DNA from: an uncultured Ktedonobacterales bacterium
Lineage (GTDB): Bacteria > Chloroflexota > Ktedonobacteria > Ktedonobacterales > Ktedonobacteraceae
Direction of reading: 5' to 3'
Assembly: GCA_964657325.1 (NCBI GenBank)
Contig: CAZZVE010000006.1
Location: 8,188-72,187 of the forward strand
DNA: 64,000 nt
Shown here: positions 19,553-28,927 of the stretch, piece after piece
How positions within the stretch are numbered: the first letter of the stretch is position 1
Layout: each line of letters starts with the position of its first letter
Notes under the pieces: generated by a model
What the model saw: the letters and a program-made list of their open reading frames with translations, nothing else
Databases searched by the model: none
Told to the model about the DNA's origin: nothing
Position numbers and translations under genes: made by a program

Positions 19553-19736
19553 TACTCTGCCTTCCTTCGTATGTGAGACATACTGAGTTGCTCTAAGCAT
19601 AAAAACTATAGCGCGTACAGAACATTTTTAACGTTTCGGATAGCACGTGAGGGAATGCCGGTATGTCTACAGCTTCAGACATACAGAGAAGTGTGTACAT
19701 CTGAAGCTGAAAAACGGAGTGATTACAACTGTTTTG

Positions 19737-20333
19737 CTACCTCATGGGGAAGATGGGTAGCGTGAATGGAGCACGGCTTGCACTCAATACACCAGCTAGT
19801 GCATTGTACCATGCAACAATTGCTGTGATAATACCCAGATAACCACCGAGTACTCCTGTACCTCCACCAAATTCGGCAATAGTCAGGAATAAGAAGGTAA
19901 GAAAGAGAAGACCAAAAAGGGCAATAAGTCCACCATTCGTTCTCAGCGTACCAAGAAACATGATAAGGGTGAAGATGGTCCAGCCGAGAAGGAAAAAACC
20001 AAAGGCGGCATGACTGGTAATCCAGCCAAATTGTATACTCGCACCAACAGCAATCCAGAAACCACCGTACGAAGTAAAGGCAGTAGCACCAAAGGTGTTG
20101 CCTGTTCTAAATTCCCACATGCCTGCTAGAAGTTGGGCAAGACCGCCGTAGAAAAGGGCAAGGCCAATAACAATCTTGAGGTCTGTGCCAGCAAGGAGTC
20201 CCGCGTTTACGGAACTGAGGACGAAGGTTGTGAGTGCGAACGCGCTAAGGCCGAGAGGCCCGGGATTAGCGACTGTAGATACGGCAGCAGCGGCTATAGG
20301 TCCTTGTGTTCTCTCTTCTGCATATTGAGCCAT
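19737..20333 (-). CDS. satP: acetate uptake transporter, GPR1/FUN34/YaaH (SatP) family
   Basis: Six hydrophobic helices with the NPGPLGL.AFA.TTF signature. It lies directly upstream of acs on the same strand. Confidence 0.85.
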   Translation of the reverse strand: MAQYAEERTQGPIAAAAVSTVANPGPLGLSAFALTTFVLSSVNAGLLAGTDLKIVIGLALFYGGLAQLLAGMWEFRTGNTFGATAFTSYGGFWIAVGASIQFGWITSHAAFGFFLLGWTIFTLIMFLGTLRTNGGLIALFGLLFLTFLFLTIAEFGGGTGVLGGYLGIITAIVAWYNALAGVLSASRAPFTLPIFPMR

Positions 20334-20619
20334 TGAATGTGTCCTACCTTTCATGAAAACCAGCAATGTATGTACTTTTTTCTCTGTACCGATCAGGCAT
20401 CTTTGTGCCTGAAATGCTTTGTGTTACGTAAGCATCAATGCTTACAAACCATGAGGAAGGATGAAGTCGTCTATACCATAGATGACTGGAAAGGACGTGC
20501 GGGAGTTCTCCTTTCTTGCCCATTACGAGATATCATGAGCAACGCGTATTGAGGATGATATCCACAACAAGTATATCATATTACGAGCGCTATGTACTAC
20601 ATATATTGATTGAAGCCAG

Positions 20620-20780
20620 AGCTATTTAAAAGTCAAGCGGAAGCATGACAGGGGCAAGCCCTGTCACTACTATACTGTTCACCCCTTAGAGCGAAGCCAC
20701 GTCGGTCCGTCTATAGTAGTGACAGGGCTTGCCCCTGTCATGCTACAATCGTGTCCATTTCTGCAACTTTTAAATACCCG
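20620..20780. repeat. large palindromic element (33-bp perfect arms, each arm itself a small palindrome)
   Basis: 20642-20674 is the exact reverse complement of 20712-20744. Outer flanks TATTTAAAAGT (20623-20633) and ACTTTTAAATA (20766-20776) also pair. Confidence 0.85.
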
Positions 20781-20799
20781 TAGTTGAATCCAGGACTAT

Positions 20800-22293
20800 T
20801 CAATCCGCTTCTTGGTTAAGAGCTACATGCGTATGCTCTACATTCAACACCTTCTTTGGGACGACTTCATGTTGAACCTGCTTTGTAGAGCGTCGCATAG
20901 TGGAACTCGCGTCACTATCGCGCACAGCCAGCCCAATACAAGCCGCGACAAGTGCCAATATAGCCGCCGCAAGAAACGCTGCATGATAAGCCGTAAAATT
21001 TGGTACACTTGTACCATTCGTACTTAGTTGCGTCATACCCACTCCGCTGATGACACTACTTAGTAGGGCAACACCAAGCGAGCCGCCAATTTGCCGTTGT
21101 GCATTGAAAAGTGCCGATGCCTGACCAGTCTGCTCCGACGAAATGGTAGCGAAAGAAGCTGTCTGCACAGACGTAAACGCAAAGGCCATACCTGCTCCCG
21201 TAAGAAACATCAGCGTACGCATCAACCATAGAGTAGTGTTCTGTCCTACGAACGTCATCAGAGCCATAATAATCGCGACACCTGCAAGACCTCCAACGAT
21301 AAGTCGTCGTGGTCCAACGTTGGGATAGAGACGTGCCACAATCTGAGTAGAGATAAGGACACCAATTGCCTCTGGGAATGTAGTCAGACCAGAAGTCAGA
21401 GCCGAAACGCCACGTGCTTGCTGAAGAAACAACGGCGTAGCGTACAATAGACCAAGAAAACCGGCAGTAGAAAATAACGAGACAAGATTCGTCGTACGGA
21501 ATATTCGATTGCGAAACAAATGCAGATCAAGAATTGGATGCGTTGACCGCAACTCAATGAAGACGAAGAAGGCGAGACAGACAAGTCCTATGCCTAAGCT
21601 TCCTAGAATACCGCCAGATGTCCAACCGTAGTTCGGTCCCTCACTCAACGCATACATGGCAAGAGCGAGACCAACTCCTGCTAACAAGAAGCCTGCTAGA
21701 TCAAAAGATTTTGTCGTCTGTTCCCGGTGTTCTTGCAAAAAGAGCATTCCAAATAGAAAGGCCGCAACACCAATAGGAACGTTTACATAAAACACCCAAT
21801 GCCACGATAGCGTATCTACAAGCAAGCCACCAAGAATAGGACCTGATGCCGGTGCGAGCACAGTTGGAAGAATAAGTATACGTGACACTTGTACTCGCTC
21901 TATTGGTGGGAACGTGCGATACAAGATGGCTGTTCCTACAGGTGTCAATGCACCACCACCAATACCTTGTAGCACACGGAAAGCAATAAGCATAGGAAGA
22001 TTCGGTGCTAACCCACACAAAGCTGACGCAAGCGTGAAAAGTGCTAGCGCACTCAAAAAAACACGTTTCGTCCCTATTCGATCACCAAGCCAACCCGATG
22101 CGGGAATGATAATAGCAAGACTAACAAGATAGCCAACGACAACGGCATCAATTGAAGTGCCTACCGCACTGAATTGACGACTTAGGGCAGGAAGAGCAAC
22201 ATTTACAATAGTAGAGTCCATGATCGACATAAACATGGCCGCAACAAAGACAATACTTACACTAACCTTTGGGTTGATGGCAGGACGATGCAT
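20800..22293 (-). CDS. MFS transporter, DHA2 (EmrB/QacA, 14-TMS) family
   Basis: 497 aa, about 14 hydrophobic segments, with the GWLGDR.G.KR motif after TM2. Confidence 0.85.
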   Translation of the reverse strand: MHRPAINPKVSVSIVFVAAMFMSIMDSTIVNVALPALSRQFSAVGTSIDAVVVGYLVSLAIIIPASGWLGDRIGTKRVFLSALALFTLASALCGLAPNLPMLIAFRVLQGIGGGALTPVGTAILYRTFPPIERVQVSRILILPTVLAPASGPILGGLLVDTLSWHWVFYVNVPIGVAAFLFGMLFLQEHREQTTKSFDLAGFLLAGVGLALAMYALSEGPNYGWTSGGILGSLGIGLVCLAFFVFIELRSTHPILDLHLFRNRIFRTTNLVSLFSTAGFLGLLYATPLFLQQARGVSALTSGLTTFPEAIGVLISTQIVARLYPNVGPRRLIVGGLAGVAIIMALMTFVGQNTTLWLMRTLMFLTGAGMAFAFTSVQTASFATISSEQTGQASALFNAQRQIGGSLGVALLSSVISGVGMTQLSTNGTSVPNFTAYHAAFLAAAILALVAACIGLAVRDSDASSTMRRSTKQVQHEVVPKKVLNVEHTHVALNQEAD

Positions 22294-22519
22294 GTAGTAA
22301 GCTCCGATGATGATAGCAATAAGAATGTTTTATTCTTTTGTATACGTGGTATATACGCTTATTTACTAGAAAAACGTATCATATCACATGACTAAAGTTG
22401 TAATAGCATATTGACTGATTCTGTCCCGACGCGATTTGTCGCACCATATTCCACATATGTGCATCTATTTGCATAGGTACAGAAAGGTTGCATCACACGT
22501 GCTATACATAAGTCACGTT

Positions 22520-22993
22520 TCAGGAGTTGTTTATGAGGACAGAGGTACGTTTTATGCGCGAAGCTTTGGGTTGTGGTTCTGGTAGAAGAGGTTCTGCTTG
22601 AGTACGAGAGACTTTTTCACGAATGAGGGTTATTTGTGAGTGGACGGCTTGACGGGATTGCTGAAGTTTACGTGCGATTTCGGAGGGACGTTCGTTCTCT
22701 ATAAGATAGCGACAGATGGCCGATTGCTTTTCTGTCAGATCAATACGTGGGTGGTCGAGAGCGGTACGGGCAAGGTCTTCCAGTTCACCGTATTTACTGC
22801 GTCGATAGTCATGGAGATCGTCAAGGGAGAAGAGCCAGCGGTCAACAACGCGGACGCCGGAGATGCGTCCAGCCTCAACAAGGTGCATAAAGTGCCAGTA
22901 ACTGAGGTCTAGCTGTTTTGCAGCTTCGTGTGTCGTCAGCATACCGTTGAGGTATTGTACATTACTCTGTAACTCGTGGCTCCTAATCGCCAT
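22520..22993 (-). CDS. DNA-binding protein with two helix-turn-helix modules (excisionase/MerR-type plus sigma70-region-4-like)
   Basis: LTTHEAAKQLDLSYWHFMHLVEAGRI resembles an excisionase-type HTH. LTEKQSAICRYL..PSEIARKLQQSRQAVHSQ resembles a sigma-r4/LuxR-type HTH. Confidence 0.5.
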   Translation of the reverse strand: MAIRSHELQSNVQYLNGMLTTHEAAKQLDLSYWHFMHLVEAGRISGVRVVDRWLFSLDDLHDYRRSKYGELEDLARTALDHPRIDLTEKQSAICRYLIENERPSEIARKLQQSRQAVHSQITLIREKVSRTQAEPLLPEPQPKASRIKRTSVLINNS

Positions 22994-23110
22994 GCCTGAA
23001 GCCTTTCTTACGCGGTTTTTCGAGGCCGTCGTATGCTAAAGTGTCGGGCAAAGACATAGTACATCATAGGGAGTATACCATAGGAATGAAAGTTTGTGCA
23101 AGGTAGTAAA

Positions 23111-23171
23111 GCTGAACAGCAAAGAGATACACATTGTGTAGAGCATAATGTGTATCTCTTTGTCGTTCAGC
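23111..23171 (-). terminator. 25-bp hairpin downstream of the SCP2 gene
   Basis: 23111-23135 pairs with 23147-23171 (2 mismatches). It begins 20 nt after the SCP2 gene stop. Confidence 0.6.
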
Positions 23172-23190
23172 TTGTTAATATCAAATCAGT

Positions 23191-23514
23191 TTAGCGACCT
23201 GTTGGAAAAAGATTTTGGAGGCGCATAGCGAGCATCATATCGCCCGTCACCTTGACTTTACCAGTCATGAAAGCATTCATGGCGTCCAGCTTGCCCTCTG
23301 CAACATCAATCCAATCGGTGTCTTTGATATTTAAAGTAATATCAGGTTTCTCTGCTGCACCGCGAATAAGCTCACATGTTTGATTGGCAATTTTTAATGC
23401 CCATGTACCAGCCTGTTCGCCGCTAATATTCCACTGAAATGTTTTGTTTAAACCCGCCGCTGCCGAAGGGTTGAATATGCTCTGCATAGTCGTGAAGGTT
23501 TCGTCAACTGTCAT
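23191..23514 (-). CDS. SCP2 sterol-binding domain protein
   Basis: GAAGGAG RBS before ATG 23514. The C-terminal pattern AF..GK.K..GD...A..L..LF is typical of SCP2 domains. Confidence 0.7.
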   Translation of the reverse strand: MTVDETFTTMQSIFNPSAAAGLNKTFQWNISGEQAGTWALKIANQTCELIRGAAEKPDITLNIKDTDWIDVAEGKLDAMNAFMTGKVKVTGDMMLAMRLQNLFPTGR

Positions 23515-23715
23515 TGTTTTTGCTCCTTCTTTTGAATACAGGTTAAGCCCCTGCTGGCACGAGTATAGTATAACAGTCAAAACGAAGCGATGTCCAGTAA
23601 GCCAGTTAACATAGTGACATACAACATTGATAGAACACCTTGTTTCTTAAACATGTTAATGATATCCTGAATGGAGGAACCTACTCAATTTCTAAGAAGC
23701 GTGGAGAGACTTTAT

Positions 23716-24219
23716 ATGACAGCGACACCAATTATGCGAAAGGTCAAGGTAGAGGGCGGCAACCTTAAATTTAGCTCCGCTCATTTTATTACTTTTGGGG
23801 GCAAATGCGAACGGTTACATGGGCATAACTATGGTGTACTTGTCGAGTTGGTGGGAGACTTAAGTGAGGATAAAGTTGTCTTCGATTTCACTGTCTTGAA
23901 ACGCTTTACACGCGAGATTTGTCAACGCTTAAATCATCGCTTCCTATTGCCTTTACACAATCCTCACCTTGAACTGGTCGCCTCGCCTGACGAATGGGAA
24001 GTTCGCTTTCAGCAAAAACGCTATGTCTTTCCACGAGCGGACGTGGTAGAACTTCCTATTGACAACTCTACAGCAGAGCGTCTGGCAGAGTATATTTGTG
24101 GGGAGTTGCGCGCAATGCTCGCAGAACATGACCTCTCGCGGCTACATAGCATTATGGTAGGCGTCGAAGAGGCTCCAACGCAAATGGCCTACTATCAAAC
24201 GTCTTTTCATGAGGAGTAA
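23716..24219 (+). CDS. queD: 6-carboxytetrahydropterin / 6-pyruvoyl-tetrahydropterin synthase family protein
   Basis: Zn/catalytic motif FSSAHF...CERLHGHNY. GGAGAG RBS before ATG 23716 (the ORF track gives 23671). Confidence 0.72.
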   Translation: MTATPIMRKVKVEGGNLKFSSAHFITFGGKCERLHGHNYGVLVELVGDLSEDKVVFDFTVLKRFTREICQRLNHRFLLPLHNPHLELVASPDEWEVRFQQKRYVFPRADVVELPIDNSTAERLAEYICGELRAMLAEHDLSRLHSIMVGVEEAPTQMAYYQTSFHEE

Positions 24220-24225
24220 GTATCT

Positions 24226-25077
24226 GTGACGTTCTCTCTTCATCCACTACGTGAAGCAGACCTTGATGCAATTGATGAAGTCGTCAAAGCTGCGTATAGC
24301 ATACCGCACAGTCGCAAGGATACACTTCGACATTACCTTACACTGCAACCCGACGGCGCGTTTGTTGTGAAGGAGAACGATGCCACCGTTGGTTTTGGAG
24401 CTGCACTCGATTATGGTTTGTTTGCCTATATCGGGTTGATGTCAGTGCATCCTTCGGTACAAAAACGTGGCGTGGGACGATTGCTGATGGATGCGCTTCT
24501 CACATGGCTAGCAGGACGCGCGTGTCGAACGGTGCTACTCGATGCAAGTCAGGCTGGTGCTCCACTTTATCTTCAGTATGGCTTTGTAGAGGATGATAGG
24601 ACATTGGACATACGACAAGTACAAAATACTGCGCTACCTCGTACTCGTTCCGAACAGGTTTCACGTCTTCAAAATGAAGACTTTGCTAAGCTTGTCGCGT
24701 TTGATACAACATACTTTGGGGCGTCACGTGAGCCACTACTAGCCATGTATTATGCAGATGACCCTCAGCGCGTGTTTGTCACTCGTGAGAGTAATGGTGC
24801 TATTACTGGCTATCTTATCGCACAAGCGCGTACTATTGGTCCATGGGTTGCTCGCTCCGCCGAAGACGCAGAGCTGTTGTTGCAGTGTGCTCTCACACTT
24901 CCTTACAGCGCAAAGCCACCTGTATTTGTCTCTGCACACAATGCTCACGCATTAACATTGCTTGCACACTACGGTTTTGAACAGGCACGTTCTTTGAGTC
25001 ATATGCGAAAAGGTGTACCTGTGGAACGGAGTCGTACTACTACATTATATGGACAAGCAAGCTTAGGCTTTGGATGA
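24226..25077 (+). CDS. GNAT family N-acetyltransferase (two-domain)
   Basis: GTG start. Acetyl-CoA loop VHPSVQKRGVGRLLM. Confidence 0.75.
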   Translation: MTFSLHPLREADLDAIDEVVKAAYSIPHSRKDTLRHYLTLQPDGAFVVKENDATVGFGAALDYGLFAYIGLMSVHPSVQKRGVGRLLMDALLTWLAGRACRTVLLDASQAGAPLYLQYGFVEDDRTLDIRQVQNTALPRTRSEQVSRLQNEDFAKLVAFDTTYFGASREPLLAMYYADDPQRVFVTRESNGAITGYLIAQARTIGPWVARSAEDAELLLQCALTLPYSAKPPVFVSAHNAHALTLLAHYGFEQARSLSHMRKGVPVERSRTTTLYGQASLGFG

Positions 25078-25240
25078 GAATAAATGTTACAGAAATCTTG
25101 TATATATCGTTAGAATTATATACGTTTCTCAAGAGATTTCTTGTCTTTTTTCTCTGCTTCTGGTACAGTAGAAGAAATATAGCTATCGCTCATCTCATTT
25201 TGACCACGAACCCTTATGAATCAGAAACCTGGATAACCTA

Positions 25241-26620
25241 ATGAAGCACTTTGAGCAGACGCCCGACCACACTGATAAAGAGGAGCAACAGGTAGCGGCT
25301 CTTCAATTCGATCTGCCACAAACTACTATTTTTTCAGTGCAGGCTGATTTGGAGGCACGTACGCGTCTCGTTGATCTTATTGCTGCTATCAGTGATGCCT
25401 TGATTTGGAAGGGAACACTTCCAGCAATATTGCAACGTTGTTGTGAAGCTCTTGTCGAGACTCTGGATGTCGCGTTTGCTCGTATCTGGACGTTAGATGA
25501 ACAGGAACAGGTGCTGTATCTCCAGGCAAGTGCTGGTTTATATACACACTTAGATGGACCTCATGGCCGTGTACCTGTCGGACAATTCAAAATTGGCCTC
25601 ATTGCTGCTGAGCGCCTTCCTCATCTTTCAAATGCGGTTATTGGCGACCCACGCGTGAGCGATCAGGAGTGGGCCAAACGCGAAGGTATGGTTGCCTTCG
25701 CTGGCTACCCACTGCTTATTGAAGGGCGTCTGGTGGGTGTACTGGCTGTATTCGCACGTCACCTCCTGCCAACAATGACGCTCGACACCATGAGAGCGGC
25801 GGCAAAAGCTGTGGCGTTAGGCATTGACCATAAGCAAATTGAGCAAGAACGTGAACACTTGCTCCTCGCAACGCAACATGCAAGAGAACAAGCTGAAGAC
25901 GCGCTTGAGGCTCGCAATGCATTTCTTTCCAGCGTTTCTCATGATCTCAAAACACCGCTTACATCTATTAAGGGCAATGCTCAAATGCTGCAACTACGTA
26001 TCAAGCGTGGCGCACTCTCGTCTCCTCAAGATGTTACGCGATTGCAGCAAGGTCTTGAAACAATTGAAAACTCGGTCAAGAAGATGAGAACGATGATAGA
26101 TGATCTTCTCGACCTTGCCCAATTGCAAGCAGGCCAAAAGCTCGAATTTGACACAAGCGAAGAAAACTTTGTAGCACTGGTAGAGCGTGTCGTACAGGAG
26201 CAACAGGTCACAACAACAAAGCATCAATTGCTCTTTCAACCTGTTGTTTCAGAACTCCTTGTTTCTGTTGATGAGACACGTTTAGAACGTGTCGTGGGGA
26301 ATTTACTGAATAATGCCATTAAGTATAGTCCTATTGGAGGCACAATCACAATCAGCCTTTTTCAAGAGCTTATAGAGAATTCTGGTTGGGCAGTGCTGGC
26401 ATTACAAGATCAAGGCATCGGTATTCCTGCAGCTGATCTTCCTCATATCTTTGAACCTTTCCGACGAGCAGATAATAGTAAAGGCAAAATTCAAGGGACG
26501 GGTGTTGGGTTGACCAGTGCCGCGCAGATTATCGAGCAACATGCGGGCACAATCACCGTTGAAAGTGAAGAGGGCGTGGGCACGCTTTTCACTATTCGCA
26601 TTCCTCTATCGATGAAATAA
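25241..26620 (+). CDS. GAF-domain sensor histidine kinase
   Basis: N-terminal GAF-like region, H-box SHDLKTPLTSI, and N/G boxes (NLLNNAIKYS, GTGVGL). No adjacent response regulator. Confidence 0.87.
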   Translation: MKHFEQTPDHTDKEEQQVAALQFDLPQTTIFSVQADLEARTRLVDLIAAISDALIWKGTLPAILQRCCEALVETLDVAFARIWTLDEQEQVLYLQASAGLYTHLDGPHGRVPVGQFKIGLIAAERLPHLSNAVIGDPRVSDQEWAKREGMVAFAGYPLLIEGRLVGVLAVFARHLLPTMTLDTMRAAAKAVALGIDHKQIEQEREHLLLATQHAREQAEDALEARNAFLSSVSHDLKTPLTSIKGNAQMLQLRIKRGALSSPQDVTRLQQGLETIENSVKKMRTMIDDLLDLAQLQAGQKLEFDTSEENFVALVERVVQEQQVTTTKHQLLFQPVVSELLVSVDETRLERVVGNLLNNAIKYSPIGGTITISLFQELIENSGWAVLALQDQGIGIPAADLPHIFEPFRRADNSKGKIQGTGVGLTSAAQIIEQHAGTITVESEEGVGTLFTIRIPLSMK

Positions 26621-26656
26621 TTTGCTTCTGTACAAAGAAGTATAGAGGAAAAGATC

Positions 26657-26899
26657 ATGCCGCATTACAGAGAATGGATTACATCGAATCCAAATGTACT
26701 TTTTGGAAAACCAGCTATTAAGGGAACACGTATTCCTGTTGAACTGATCCTCGATGAACTCTCAGCAGGTATATCAATTGACGATATGCTTGAGTCGTAT
26801 CCGCGCCTCACTCATGAAGCCATTTATGCTGCTCTTGCGTTCGCTGCTGATACGCTTAGAGCAGAAGTTACTTATCCACTGGATCAAGCAGCCTCATGA
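26657..26899 (+). CDS. DUF433 domain protein (antitoxin-like)
   Basis: 80 aa. ..FGKPAIKGTRIPVELILD....G.S.DDML..YP.LT.E.I.AAL.FA is the DUF433 pattern. Confidence 0.8.
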   Translation: MPHYREWITSNPNVLFGKPAIKGTRIPVELILDELSAGISIDDMLESYPRLTHEAIYAALAFAADTLRAEVTYPLDQAAS

Positions 26900-26912
26900 G
26901 AATATTGCACTA

Positions 26913-27113
26913 CTATTTCAGCCTCTTTATGTAGTCTTTGTAGGCTTCCCACTTAGCAAACGATGAAAATTCAGTATCAACGAGCTTTGTGCGCACCCAG
27001 ACAAAATATTCATCAGTCTCTAAATCTCGTGCCAATACCTCTACCTTTGACCAGGGAATTTCTTGCTTGACGATTTGCGCTAGATTATTCGCCTCGACCT
27101 GATTGAGTGCCAT
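26913..27113 (-). CDS. small hypothetical protein at the tail of the pyr operon
   Basis: GGGAGG RBS 5 nt before ATG 27113, which lies 17 nt after the pyrD stop. 66 aa with no recognisable motif. Confidence 0.4.
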   Translation of the reverse strand: MALNQVEANNLAQIVKQEIPWSKVEVLARDLETDEYFVWVRTKLVDTEFSSFAKWEAYKDYIKRLK

Positions 27114-27130
27114 ATTGCCTCCCACAATTG

Positions 27131-28066
27131 CTACAAAGCAACGCCCACGATCTCCTTCACATCCTCCACACCCTCACGCTCTAAGAATGCTTCGATACCC
27201 TCGACGACCTCGATACCAACTCGCGGGTTCACAAAATTTGCAGTACCAATCTCGACGGCGGATGCACCAGCCATAAGAAATTCGAGCGCATCGTTTACAG
27301 TACGTATACCGCCTAACCCAAGAATCGGGACGTTGGGATACGACTCCCGTAGTGCTTGTGCTACTTCGTAGACCATGCGTAACGCGATTGGCTTGACAGC
27401 AGGTCCTGATAAGCCGCCCGTTCCGTTTGCAAGCGTAGGTTTATGCGTGGATATATCTATACTCATGCCTGTAATTGTGTTAATCAATGACACGGCGTCG
27501 GCACCTGCTTTAGCAGCTGCTAGAGCGGTTGGACGTACATCGCCCGTGTTTGGTGAAAGTTTGACAATAAGCGGTAGCGTTGTAGCTATACGAAGAGCAG
27601 ATGTTACATCCGCAACGGCTTGTGGGTCTGCTCCAAAGACAGCACCACCTGCACGTACATTGGGACAAGAGACGTTCGCCTCGATACCTGCAACGCCCGC
27701 TATACCTTCGAGTTGCTCAGCAATTTTTGCAAACTCCTCGATGTCTTCACCTGCGATATTGACAATGACAGGCGTATCCCATCCTGCCCAGATTGGTGCG
27801 TATTTGGAGATGACGATATGCACACCTGGATTTTGTAGGCCGATGGCGTTAAGCATTCCTGCCGATGTTTCTGCTGTGCGGAGTTGCGCATTGCCCTTGC
27901 GTGAATGTAGTGTTGTTCCCTTCGAGATGACCGCGCCCAAGCGTTGCACTTCAGCAATTTTCGCGTTCTCAATACCATAGCCAAAGGTGCCTGCTGCCAT
28001 AAGCACAGGATTTTTCAAGAGTAGACCGCTTTTATGTTGTGGTGCCAATTCTGTTTGTAGTTTCAT
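27131..28066 (-). CDS. pyrD: dihydroorotate dehydrogenase, class 1 catalytic subunit
   Basis: NP...AAGTFGYG, NAIGLQNPG, catalytic Cys in NVSCPN, and GGI..G.DA.EF..AGASAV. The start overlaps the pyrF stop (ATGA). Confidence 0.92.
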   Translation of the reverse strand: MKLQTELAPQHKSGLLLKNPVLMAAGTFGYGIENAKIAEVQRLGAVISKGTTLHSRKGNAQLRTAETSAGMLNAIGLQNPGVHIVISKYAPIWAGWDTPVIVNIAGEDIEEFAKIAEQLEGIAGVAGIEANVSCPNVRAGGAVFGADPQAVADVTSALRIATTLPLIVKLSPNTGDVRPTALAAAKAGADAVSLINTITGMSIDISTHKPTLANGTGGLSGPAVKPIALRMVYEVAQALRESYPNVPILGLGGIRTVNDALEFLMAGASAVEIGTANFVNPRVGIEVVEGIEAFLEREGVEDVKEIVGVAL

Positions 28067-28926
28067 TGTCTATAGCTATTAATCCTATCTCTAAGATTTT
28101 GCGTCGCTTCTCTGGCAGCTTGCGCGAAATTCTCGTTGTTTGAGGCAAAGAGAATGTCACGTGAGGAATTGATTATCATACCCTGACCTCGGCTGTCTTT
28201 TCCTGCTGCGACTGTTGACGAGATATCGCCGCCTTGTGCTCCAATGCCTGGAATTAATATTGGCATGTCTCCTACAATTGCGCGTACTTGTTTCAGTTCG
28301 GAGGGATATGTTGCACCAACGACAAGCGCACAATTACCGTGAGTATTCCAATTTTCTGCAATATGACGTGCAACAACTTGATACAGTGGCTCCTGCTTAT
28401 CACCTACAAGCAGGTTTTGAAATTCATCGCTTCCTGGATTTGATGTTTTCACCAACACAATGATACCCTTGTCCTTTCGCACAAGAAAAGGTGCAAGTGC
28501 TTCTTGTCCAAGATACGGGTGTACAGTAATTGCGTCAGCACAGATAATATCAAACGCAGCCTGTATGTAACCAGAATTGGTGTTACCGATATCTGCTCGC
28601 TTGGCATCTAAAATGACAGGGATGTGTGGGTATATCTGCTTTATATATGTGACGGTCTTTGTTAAAGCTTGTATTCCGCCATCACCAAGGGCTTCATAAA
28701 ACGCAGAATTCGGTTTATATGCACAGACGAGATCATGCGTAGCATCGATGATAGCACAATTGAACACGAAGAACGCATCTTCGGGTGATACATCCTGTCG
28801 TACTATTGTTGGAAGGCGATTATACACTGGATCAAGCCCAACACAGACACACGTATTGTCATTCCAACGTTGCTCTAGCAAAGTCATAAATGTAGTCTCT
28901 GAGGTATGCAGTAAATGTTTTTCCAT
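28063..28926 (-). CDS. pyrF: orotidine-5'-phosphate decarboxylase (type 2)
   Basis: VCVGLDP, LDAKRADIGNT and PGIGAQGG motifs. ATG 28926 lies 1 nt after the pyrE stop. The upstream ORF-track extension overlaps pyrE. Confidence 0.88.
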   Translation of the reverse strand: MEKHLLHTSETTFMTLLEQRWNDNTCVCVGLDPVYNRLPTIVRQDVSPEDAFFVFNCAIIDATHDLVCAYKPNSAFYEALGDGGIQALTKTVTYIKQIYPHIPVILDAKRADIGNTNSGYIQAAFDIICADAITVHPYLGQEALAPFLVRKDKGIIVLVKTSNPGSDEFQNLLVGDKQEPLYQVVARHIAENWNTHGNCALVVGATYPSELKQVRAIVGDMPILIPGIGAQGGDISSTVAAGKDSRGQGMIINSSRDILFASNNENFAQAAREATQNLRDRINSYRQ

Positions 28927-28927
28927 A

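Noticed and set aside
20337-20552. 71-aa plus-strand ORF in the satP upstream region
   Set aside because: It has no RBS and a Cys/Leu-rich improbable sequence. It lies in the probable 5' UTR or promoter region of a minus-strand gene.
27375-27980. 201-aa ORF antisense to pyrD. Similar antisense ORFs lie in trpB, carB, acs, argS and sucCD (for example 56344-57229)
   Set aside because: All lie opposite strongly supported genes. They have Ala/Ser/Arg/Pro-rich translations typical of antisense frames, no RBS and no motifs.
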